Shown in pieces: positions 31,065-39,144 of a DNA stretch of 64,000 bases. How positions within the stretch are numbered: the first letter of the stretch is position 1; the number at the start of each line of letters is the position of its first letter. The notes beneath the pieces are model-generated. The model was not told the DNA's origin, ran no database searches, and was given only the letters and a program-made list of their open reading frames with translations. Made by a program: the position numbers and the translations under genes. Source of the DNA: Armatimonadota bacterium (GTDB taxonomy: Bacteria > Armatimonadota > UBA5829 > DSUL01); NCBI GenBank assembly GCA_039811685.1, contig JBDHZC010000005.1:128001-192000 (forward strand), read 5' to 3'.

Positions 31065-32204
31065 TTAGGAAGCGGCGCCAACGGCCTGCCGGACACCGGA
31101 GATACCGCGTGTGTTTTTCAGGTGGAGCAGACCCGCGACTAATCCGTCCGAAGGGTCCAGAAGCAGCTTGTAGAGGACCTGCTCAAATTTGTTGAAGCTG
31201 CGCTTTGGCGGCTCGCTCACGCGCCCCGCCACCAGGCTGTATATCTGGACGGTGGACGCGCCGCTCAAAATATAATCCAGCGCGTGCAGCCCGGTGTACA
31301 CGCCTCCGGAGGCGCTGAGTTGCATTTCCGGCAGCGCCTTGCGGAGCAGCCCGATGTCTGATACTACTGTCGCGCGCGACTGCTTGCGAAGGGTATCGAC
31401 GCGCATGGCTGATCGGTGGGCTACGGTCAGGCCGGCCGGTACTCGGGAGGCGCTTTTGATTGCTGAAGCGCAGGCCATGAGTACCATTGAAGAGGTCTGC
31501 AGCTTAGGCCACAACGCCGCTTTGCTCTCGTCAATCAGACTTCCAATAGCGCTCAAAAAAGCCGAAGCCCGCGCAGCCGCTTCTTCCGCGGAAGTCGTGT
31601 CAAAATCTGCCGGCAGCGGTATCTCCAGAACGTCAGACCCCGCCTCGTGAAGCTGTGTAGCTGTGTGTGTCCACTCCTCGCGCAGTGTCTCTCCCTCTCG
31701 CGGAATCTGCCCGAGAAAGGAGCCGATTACCTGCGTTTGACTGGCTCTGACGGCCTCTGCGCAACTGCGTACGAACGCAATGTACTCATCCAGTCTCCGC
31801 GCGTCCAGTCGCCCGTGCCACCGCACAACAGGACGGTTGCGCCGTTTGTCAGAAGGCTCGTACGTGCTCGGTGTTCCGGAGGTCTCCAGCTTTGCCCGCT
31901 GGTCCTCCAGAGAGCTCATGCCCGAGCTGTCCTCAGCAGCCACCGTACGCAGGATTACCGCACCCCATCCAGCCTGCGCCGCCTTTTCAATCTGTGAAAT
32001 CTCCTGCGTCATCTCGCCTGCGCCCACGACAAACGGATTGCGCAGCTTCAGCGGTCCGAAACTCGTCACCAGATCAACATCCAGCCGCTCGGCGACGATT
32101 TCAGGCAGATCCAAAGGGAGCGCTTCGCGAGCGTAGCGCTTCCAGAGGCGCTCCAGACGCTCCTTCTGACGCAGCGTCATCTCCAGATCCCGCGCTTTCA
32201 GCAA
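31065..32204 (-). CDS. Divergent dihydroorotate-dehydrogenase-like FMN TIM-barrel protein
   Basis: LRNPFVVGAG, GWGAV, SASGGV, GASTVQ retained; orotate-binding and catalytic residues absent; start uncertain (32204 or 32180). Confidence 0.6.
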   Translation of the reverse strand: MLKARDLEMTLRQKERLERLWKRYAREALPLDLPEIVAERLDVDLVTSFGPLKLRNPFVVGAGEMTQEISQIEKAAQAGWGAVILRTVAAEDSSGMSSLEDQRAKLETSGTPSTYEPSDKRRNRPVVRWHGRLDARRLDEYIAFVRSCAEAVRASQTQVIGSFLGQIPREGETLREEWTHTATQLHEAGSDVLEIPLPADFDTTSAEEAAARASAFLSAIGSLIDESKAALWPKLQTSSMVLMACASAIKSASRVPAGLTVAHRSAMRVDTLRKQSRATVVSDIGLLRKALPEMQLSASGGVYTGLHALDYILSGASTVQIYSLVAGRVSEPPKRSFNKFEQVLYKLLLDPSDGLVAGLLHLKNTRGISGVRQAVGAAS

Positions 32205-32216
32205 CTGCCGCGCCAG

Positions 32217-33170
32217 CTACTCTTCACCCCAGAAACGCCGGATTGGACGGGAAGCAGCCGCGTACTCCTTCTGGAATACATTGCCGTCGAAGCCGGGATC
32301 GTCCGCAGGAATGTCAGCGAGCGCCACAGGTTCACCGCCCCGCTCTCGTGAGAGCCGGCCCGCGAGCAGGATCTTCACAGACTCTGTCAACTCCTCCATC
32401 GCCGCGAGGCGATTCTGTCCGGTTTCAAGTGTGTCCAGCAGCCGGTCCAGCAGTGCAGAATAAAGCCGGCTGTTGTCCACCTTGATGAAGCGATGCCCTT
32501 TCGTAGTAAGAATTGAGAACGTGAACGGCTGGTAAACACCTATGACGGTGCTGTAGGCGGCTGTGCGGCTGCCGTCGTAGGTGATATGAAAGCTCTCACA
32601 TCGGGTCTCGCCCTGCGAAGCGGCGCCTGCAAATCGAACGCTGGTCGCTCCAGCGCCGATGATGCGCGTGAGGCCTTCCACGGCGTGACAGCCGTAGTTG
32701 AACTCATCCACCCCTACCGTCGCCCAGACATGCACCGGATCGCCCCGCTCACCCGCTTCTTCTGCCAGAAACTCATCTATTTCCAGAGCGTACCGGACCG
32801 ACGAGCAGCCGAGTACCGTCGCGCCCTGAGCCGCCATCTCTTCCAGCGCCTTGCAGTCCGCCAGGTTGCCCGCCAGCGGCTTGTCAATGAATACCGGCTT
32901 GCCGCGCTCCACGAACGGGCGCGCCTGGCGGAGGTGATCGTCCCAGTTGCAGCTATGGATGATTCCCGCGTCCACCTTATCCGCCAGCTCCTCCAGCGAC
33001 CGGGCGTGGAAATCGAGGCCGTACCTGTCCACGAACGCCTGCGTCTGGGCATCATCCCGGAACGAATCGTTGAAGACACCGCTGTAGCGCGCGCGTCCTG
33101 TTTTCTTGAAGTACTCCGCAAAGGAGACACAGTGGGAGGTGTCCAGCGTGACCGCGCCGATTTCAATCAT
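32217..33170 (-). CDS. Gfo/Idh/MocA-family oxidoreductase
   Basis: LDTSH, H...A, GKPVFIDKPLA, SSVRY, YGCH. Confidence 0.8.
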   Translation of the reverse strand: MIEIGAVTLDTSHCVSFAEYFKKTGRARYSGVFNDSFRDDAQTQAFVDRYGLDFHARSLEELADKVDAGIIHSCNWDDHLRQARPFVERGKPVFIDKPLAGNLADCKALEEMAAQGATVLGCSSVRYALEIDEFLAEEAGERGDPVHVWATVGVDEFNYGCHAVEGLTRIIGAGATSVRFAGAASQGETRCESFHITYDGSRTAAYSTVIGVYQPFTFSILTTKGHRFIKVDNSRLYSALLDRLLDTLETGQNRLAAMEELTESVKILLAGRLSRERGGEPVALADIPADDPGFDGNVFQKEYAAASRPIRRFWGEE

Positions 33171-33221
33171 AGCCGTAGTTGATTCCTTTTCCGAGTTGTT
33201 GTGAGGCTGGCGCCGCTGAAT

Positions 33222-33250
33222 ACATTAGAGCGCTAAGCTGTTCGTGTCAA
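33222..33250 (-). promoter_or_regulatory. Sigma-70-type promoter overlapped by a LacI-like pseudo-palindrome
   Basis: TTGACA-N17-TAATGT on the minus strand; TTAGAGCGCTAA at 33225-33236. Confidence 0.45.
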
Positions 33251-33345
33251 CCCTTTGCAGACAGGAAGCGCCGATAGTGACGACTAAGTCTGCCTGACAA
33301 GCTAAAGGCCACTCCATTACGGTCTTTTCACAGCAGGAGACGCCA

Positions 33346-35355
33346 GTGTCGTACCATCTTCGCTTCAGACAGATTCACCTGGACTTCCACACCTCACCTG
33401 ACATTCCGGGCATTGGTGAGAAGTTTGACACAGCGCAGTGGCAAAAAGCGCTCAAGGAAGGACATGTGAACTCCATCACCACCTTCGCAAAGTGCCACCA
33501 CGGCTGGAGCTACCACAAGACGCGCGTCGGCAAGATGCATCCGGGACTGAGTTTCGACCTTCTGCGTCAGCAGTATGACGCCGCCAAAGAGATTGATGTC
33601 AACGTCCCCATTTACATATCCGCGGGCGTTGATGACGTGGCAGCAGCGGAGCATCCAGAGTGGCGCGAGGTCGGCGTTGACGGGCAGTACATCGGCTGGG
33701 CAGGTCCCATCACGCGGCCCGGCTTCAAGTCTATGTGTTTCGCAACGCCTTATCTGAACTACCTGTGCGATCAGATTCGGGAAGTCGTGGAGCTGTTTCC
33801 GGAGTGCGACGGCATCTTTCTGGACATCATTCATCAGGATGAGTGCTGCTGCCGGTGGTGCCTGGCAAAGATGGAGGAGATGGGGCTGGACGCTGAGAAG
33901 CCGGAAGACCGCCGCGCATGCGCTGAGGCCGTTTTGGAGAACTACTATATTCGCGCAACGGCTGCTGTTCGGTCGCTGAATCCGCAGATGCCTGTCTTTC
34001 ACAACAGTGGTCACGTGGCTAAGGGACGCCAGGGTCTCCTGAAGCACTTCAGCCATCTGGAGCTTGAGTCGCTGCCAACGGGCGGGTGGGGCTATGACCA
34101 TTTTCCGCTGTCCGCCAAATACGCCCAGAAGACCGGATTGGACGTGTTGGGGATGACCGGCAAGTTCCACACCACGTGGGGGGAGTTTGGCGGTTACAAG
34201 CATCCGAACGCTCTGCTCTATGAATGCGCGGCGATGCTGGCGCACGGGGCCAAGTGCTCTGTCGGCGACCAGCTTCATCCGAACGGTTGGATGGACGAGA
34301 CGACGTATCGCATTATCGGACAGGCGTACGAGGAGGTCGAAGCAAAAGAGCCGTGGTGCGACAACGTGGAGGCCGTCGCGGACGTGGCGGTACTATCCAG
34401 CGAAGCGGAGACTGGCCAGCGCCTGCCGGACACGGGCGCGGGGCGGGTGCTTCTGGAAGAGCACTTTCTGTTTGATCTGATTGACCGCAACGTAGATTTC
34501 GCTGGCTATCGTCTGCTGATTCTGCCGGATGTCATCCGGCTGGACGGCGCTCTTACGCAGAAGCTCCGGCGGTATCTGGAGGGTGGTGGAAGACTGCTCC
34601 TTACGGGGGAGAGCGGGCTGGGCAAAGACGGCGGCGGTTTCGGCGTGGATATTGGCGCAAGCTACGAGGGGCTCAGCCCGGATCAGCCGGACTATCTGGT
34701 CGCGGGTGAGCGCCTGAAGCCGGATTTCGTGGACAGTCCTCTGGTGATGTACGGGCGCTCGCAGCAGGTGCGCCCGACAACTGGAGAGAGCCTGGCCGCC
34801 ATCCGTCTGCCGTACTTCAACCGCACCTGGCGGCATTACTGCAGCCACCAGCACGCGCCGGATGCGAAAGACAGCGTGTTTTCGGCGGCAGTGCAGACAA
34901 CGAACACTCTGTATCTGGCGCATCCGATTTTCACCATTTATGCGGGATCCGGCGCGGTCGCCTATCGCCAGTACGCCTCCAGCGCCATTTGCGCAGCTCT
35001 GGGCGCAGAGCCATCCTTGACCACGAACATGCCCTCCACTGCGCGCGTATCGCTGATGCGCCAGCCGGATGAGAAGCGCTACGTACTCCATCTGCTTTAC
35101 GCAAATACCATCGCCCGCGGCTCGCATCAGAGCTTTTCAGCGGAAGGCTACGTCCGGGACTCTCATGGCGTGGAGGTGATTGAGGAGCTTCTGCCGCTGC
35201 ACGATGTGGATGTGACACTTCGCCTGCCGGAGGCCATCCAGAGTGTGACGCTCCAGCCGCAGGGACAGAAGCTGGAGACTCGCGCAGCAGATGGAAAGCT
35301 GAGCGTGCGCCTGGACAAGTTCACCTGCCACCAGATGATTGAGCTTGGGTACTGA
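33346..35355 (+). CDS. GHL6/GH151-like glycoside hydrolase (putative alpha-L-fucosidase) with trimerisation domain
   Basis: RQIHLDFHTS, FAKCHHG, DGIFLD, ELESLPTGGWGY, GMTGKFHTTWGEFGG; AGGAG RBS. Confidence 0.8.
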   Translation: MSYHLRFRQIHLDFHTSPDIPGIGEKFDTAQWQKALKEGHVNSITTFAKCHHGWSYHKTRVGKMHPGLSFDLLRQQYDAAKEIDVNVPIYISAGVDDVAAAEHPEWREVGVDGQYIGWAGPITRPGFKSMCFATPYLNYLCDQIREVVELFPECDGIFLDIIHQDECCCRWCLAKMEEMGLDAEKPEDRRACAEAVLENYYIRATAAVRSLNPQMPVFHNSGHVAKGRQGLLKHFSHLELESLPTGGWGYDHFPLSAKYAQKTGLDVLGMTGKFHTTWGEFGGYKHPNALLYECAAMLAHGAKCSVGDQLHPNGWMDETTYRIIGQAYEEVEAKEPWCDNVEAVADVAVLSSEAETGQRLPDTGAGRVLLEEHFLFDLIDRNVDFAGYRLLILPDVIRLDGALTQKLRRYLEGGGRLLLTGESGLGKDGGGFGVDIGASYEGLSPDQPDYLVAGERLKPDFVDSPLVMYGRSQQVRPTTGESLAAIRLPYFNRTWRHYCSHQHAPDAKDSVFSAAVQTTNTLYLAHPIFTIYAGSGAVAYRQYASSAICAALGAEPSLTTNMPSTARVSLMRQPDEKRYVLHLLYANTIARGSHQSFSAEGYVRDSHGVEVIEELLPLHDVDVTLRLPEAIQSVTLQPQGQKLETRAADGKLSVRLDKFTCHQMIELGY

Positions 35356-35523
35356 GTAGGCGGCCTTCTGTCCCGTCAAGGCGAAGGTGTGAGATGGGCA
35401 GGATGATATCCCTAAGTCGTTCTCAAGTCTGAGGGCTGTTGTGAGGGTTGGCACTGGTAAGCGTGGCGAGGCGCCGCAGAACGTACGGACAGTGAAAAAT
35501 CACAGCCTTTACGCTCAGGCCGG

Positions 35524-36405
35524 CTATGCGTTTCCTCGCATCCTGATCCGGCGGGAACGGGCTTCCTCTTCCCGTTTCAGCGCCTCCTCACAACAGTCCA
35601 GAAAGGCGAACGTCGCTTCCATCTTTCGGACTACTTCTGGCGCCATCCCGGTATCCGACCCGCGTTTGAAGGCCGCCTCCATCCCACGCCTGAGTTCCGA
35701 AGGGTCGCGGGTTGGTACTGACATTACAGGATTCAATACCGGGCGTAATTTCACATTTGGCGCATCCGGCGAGCCAGAGGATTTCAACGGAACCTGATAG
35801 TTCAGCAAGAGTGGGCGAAGGGTGTATTCTGGCGAAGGACTTCCCCCGGCCGAACTTAGTATCAGCCCGTGCGGCGCCCATTCGCGCAAGCCATCGCTGA
35901 GCGTCGGCGCCTGTTCCAACACGTAGTCGGTGAGCCAGACAAAAGCGCCGTCAGCTTGCTGGTGGTTGCGAGCCGCGTCATCAACCGCCGGACCCACGAA
36001 AACGTCTCCTGTAATCAGACATTTGCCCGCCGATATAGCGCCTCTAAAGTTAAGCGGAATCTCCTCAAGAGCTGCGCCGTGGATGAGGGCAAGCGCCCCT
36101 TCAGCCACTAGCTCAAAGCAACGCCTTCTAAGAACCACGTCCTCGTGACGAGCGTAATTGACAATGATAGCAGCGAGGAGAAACGTATCGGAAAATGATA
36201 CGACATCGTACCTGAGCGCCTCTGGGTCCTCGAACGTCTCATTCTGCTGGCCTAAGCTACTTGCCTCACTTCGCAGATTCACCATGACATCGGAAAGCCA
36301 GAGCGGATCTACATGGTTCCATATCCCTGCAAATCCCAGGATATCCATGAAGCAGACGACTCCCCAGTCCATGTGCTGGACACCCGCGAACTTTTTCTCA
36401 TCCAA
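35524..36405 (-). CDS. Class III nucleotide cyclase-like protein
   Basis: FMDILGF, SFSDT, RGAISAG and GPAVDDAAR in cyclase order and spacing; start uncertain. Confidence 0.6.
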   Translation of the reverse strand: MDEKKFAGVQHMDWGVVCFMDILGFAGIWNHVDPLWLSDVMVNLRSEASSLGQQNETFEDPEALRYDVVSFSDTFLLAAIIVNYARHEDVVLRRRCFELVAEGALALIHGAALEEIPLNFRGAISAGKCLITGDVFVGPAVDDAARNHQQADGAFVWLTDYVLEQAPTLSDGLREWAPHGLILSSAGGSPSPEYTLRPLLLNYQVPLKSSGSPDAPNVKLRPVLNPVMSVPTRDPSELRRGMEAAFKRGSDTGMAPEVVRKMEATFAFLDCCEEALKREEEARSRRIRMRGNA

Positions 36406-36547
36406 GGTTTATTAATGTCTCCAGGGTCGGATTCTTGCGCTGCTAGATGGGCTGTGATTCCGGAGTTGCTGCGGGTATTTTGATTTCAGACGCGCGATTA
36501 CGCTTGCGTGCTCTCTTTCAATATCCCTCGGGATGGTCAACCCGAGC

Positions 36548-38890
36548 TCACAGCCCTGCGTCGCTGCTGACGGCTCGCAGCAGACGCACCGGCTTTCCGT
36601 TGATCAGCGTTGCGCCCATAGCCCCTGTTACGCGGACAAAGGCGCCCATTTCAGGCAGCGCCAATCCGCCTGCTTGAACGCGCACGCCTCCTGGCCCACT
36701 GCCGTCGTCCAGAGCAGAACCGTCGTCCAGGTAGAAGAAGCCACCGGAGGAGTCAACGGAGGTGACCCGGCCAGACAGCGTGACCAGCAGGCCGACGTTG
36801 GAGAGGCCGACGGCGTTGCTATTGCTTGTGGCGTCATTCAGCAGGGCGGGCTGTGCGCCGAAAGACTCGCCACCGGACATGTAATTGTTCACTGTGAGAG
36901 CTGTGGGAACGGCGCCGGGATGAGCGTCCAGCAGTGTCCCCGTCACAACCAGTTCTCCGTTAACCAGATCCGTGGGACCAGCAACTGCCACGCGGTCGCC
37001 CGGCTGAACCTGGGCTGAGCTGACAACGGCGATCCCGGCAGACCGGTCTTCGTTCTGTACGTAGAATCTGCCTGCAAAGATGGAAGAGACCACCACCTTG
37101 TCCAGAATGACGTAGGAGCGAAGAGGACGAAGCTTCGCCTCGGAGATTGTCTGTGGCGGCGGAGTCTTTCGGATTCCGTCGGAATAGCCTTTCGGGCTCC
37201 AATGGCCTTGAGCGTCCTTTGCGCGCACGGAGAAATAGTAAGTCGTTCCGCTTATCAGGTTCAACCCCGTGCGCTCAACGGATTGCGCAGGCCCAACGCT
37301 CTCCCACGCAGTGATGTTTGCAAGCCCCGGAGCTGTGCCAATGGCATACTCGTAATCCACAATCGGCTGTGCTCCGCCTGTCGTTGTCCACTGAGCGCTC
37401 AAAGTATTGGCGCTCGATGTTATGGCTCCTTCATCGGTTACTGTTGGAGCTTTGGGGCAGGTGTAGAGCGTAATGTTGGACACCAGAGCGTGCCACTCCT
37501 CAGTTGGTTGCCCGTACGTAAAGCTGGTGTTAGTGAGCAGTCCAAGGGATATCCAGTCCACGGGGTTCGCGCTCAGGTCAATTTCTACATAGTCGGTGCT
37601 GGTCCCGTACTTGTTGACCTGCCAGGCGTTTGTCTGTGCGGAGGTATCCATGGCAAGCACGCACTTTGCGTTGTCGTAGTTGGTGCGATAGTTGAAGGCC
37701 ACTTTGTAAATGGCCCCATCCTGCGGCGCAAACTTGCGCGCGCGCATACTTTGAGCGGGATAGGCTGTTCCCTGGGTCAGGTAGAACTTGACGCCGGGCG
37801 CCGGCATCCTCTGCCCGATGTTGTTGTTCTGTGTCCAGCCCGGGCGGATGTAGTCGGTGGTCTGGTCGTAGCTGAACGTGTACGGGTAGTGCGTGAAGCT
37901 GGCTCCGTCCGGCAGCTTTGCGATAGCCTGGTAGGCCTTTGCAAGCTGGTTCGGCTGTCCGTTGGCGTCAAACAGCTCACAGTTGTGGAAGGTGGCGTAG
38001 CGGTCACTTCGGGTGAAGAAGAGGAACCAGCGCTCCATCCAGGGCTGGTCGCGCATCCAGAGCGTCAGTCCGGACATCATATCGGCGGCTGCCGTCAATG
38101 AGTTTGTGATCAGGCTTCCGTATTCTGTGTTCCAGATCTTCAGCCCGGCAGTCTCCGGAAAAGTCTGCAGGTCGTCATAGCACGCCTGCATGTCGTCTCT
38201 GCACCACCGCCAGTCGTCAATGCCCGTGCCCCAGCCCAGATGGTAGGAATGCAGAGAGAAGCCGTCCTGCGGTGGATAGTTGGTTCCGTTCACAGACTGA
38301 CTGTAGGCTACACACGCTGGATCCGCAGCCCAGGCGTTTCGGAACGCCGTGTACCAGTTCTTGCCCGTCTGGTAGCAACTGGCGTTCGTAAATCGCCAGT
38401 CCAGAAGGCCCGGGCCAATGATCTTGCAGGTGGGATCCCCTATACGCAGATTTTTGTGAAACTTAAGGTACTTCTGTGGGTACGTGCTCGCTGCTTCGTT
38501 GGCCTGCCCCCGGTCGTTCGGCTCATTGGACATCGCCCACCAGATGGTGCGGGTCGGATCGGCGGCTTTGGCGCCGGCGGCCAAGGCCTGTATCTGAGCA
38601 TCCGTGTACGTCCCTGCGAGAGTCCAGAACATATACAGCCGCTGGTAGCCCGGCCAGAACAGCGTCAGCCCCGCAACGGCGTTGCTTGTCAGATTCGGTG
38701 AGTAATTGTACCACCACGCGCAGTTCAAAGGATCGAAGAACTGCGGTCCCTGCATGGGCATTACGGGACCATTCCAGCCGCTGGTGTCAGTCGCAACGAC
38801 ACCGAAGCGCTGGTCATAGGTTGCCGGATCATCCGCCAGAGAAGCCCCGGCTACCAGCAGTGCCGCCAGAAACACTGTTACTAGACGCAT
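36548..38890 (-). CDS. Secreted clan GH-A (GH128-like) glycosidase + FN3 + C-terminal tandem OB-like domain
   Basis: Signal peptide; WWYNY, NEPN, HSY, IWNTEYG, ERWFLF; FN3 YEYAIG...YYFSVRA. Confidence 0.7.
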   Translation of the reverse strand: MRLVTVFLAALLVAGASLADDPATYDQRFGVVATDTSGWNGPVMPMQGPQFFDPLNCAWWYNYSPNLTSNAVAGLTLFWPGYQRLYMFWTLAGTYTDAQIQALAAGAKAADPTRTIWWAMSNEPNDRGQANEAASTYPQKYLKFHKNLRIGDPTCKIIGPGLLDWRFTNASCYQTGKNWYTAFRNAWAADPACVAYSQSVNGTNYPPQDGFSLHSYHLGWGTGIDDWRWCRDDMQACYDDLQTFPETAGLKIWNTEYGSLITNSLTAAADMMSGLTLWMRDQPWMERWFLFFTRSDRYATFHNCELFDANGQPNQLAKAYQAIAKLPDGASFTHYPYTFSYDQTTDYIRPGWTQNNNIGQRMPAPGVKFYLTQGTAYPAQSMRARKFAPQDGAIYKVAFNYRTNYDNAKCVLAMDTSAQTNAWQVNKYGTSTDYVEIDLSANPVDWISLGLLTNTSFTYGQPTEEWHALVSNITLYTCPKAPTVTDEGAITSSANTLSAQWTTTGGAQPIVDYEYAIGTAPGLANITAWESVGPAQSVERTGLNLISGTTYYFSVRAKDAQGHWSPKGYSDGIRKTPPPQTISEAKLRPLRSYVILDKVVVSSIFAGRFYVQNEDRSAGIAVVSSAQVQPGDRVAVAGPTDLVNGELVVTGTLLDAHPGAVPTALTVNNYMSGGESFGAQPALLNDATSNSNAVGLSNVGLLVTLSGRVTSVDSSGGFFYLDDGSALDDGSGPGGVRVQAGGLALPEMGAFVRVTGAMGATLINGKPVRLLRAVSSDAGL

Positions 38891-39002
38891 CCTATCTAAC
38901 CTTTCACATCAGCTTAGGCCGCGCGCGGGCTCAGCCTGACTCACCTCATTCTACCGCACGACAGCGGATTTTGGAACTGGTAATTGAGAATTGATGGCAG
39001 CG

Positions 39003-39144
39003 TTACTGGCGGGCTGGAATACGGGAGGCTTTGGTCGCAGAAACCGTGCGACGCACCCGCCGCAGCGCCAGCGCGCCCAGCGCTAGCGGAAGGGCGGCGC
39101 TTGGTTCGGGAACCAGGGCCGGTGCCGTGTACCCGGGAGAGGCT
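39003..39144 (-). pseudogene. Orphan PEP-CTERM tail without signal peptide or passenger domain
   Basis: VPEPSAALPLALGALALRRVRR (VPEP at 39113-39102) in the +1 frame just past the polB stop. Confidence 0.55.
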
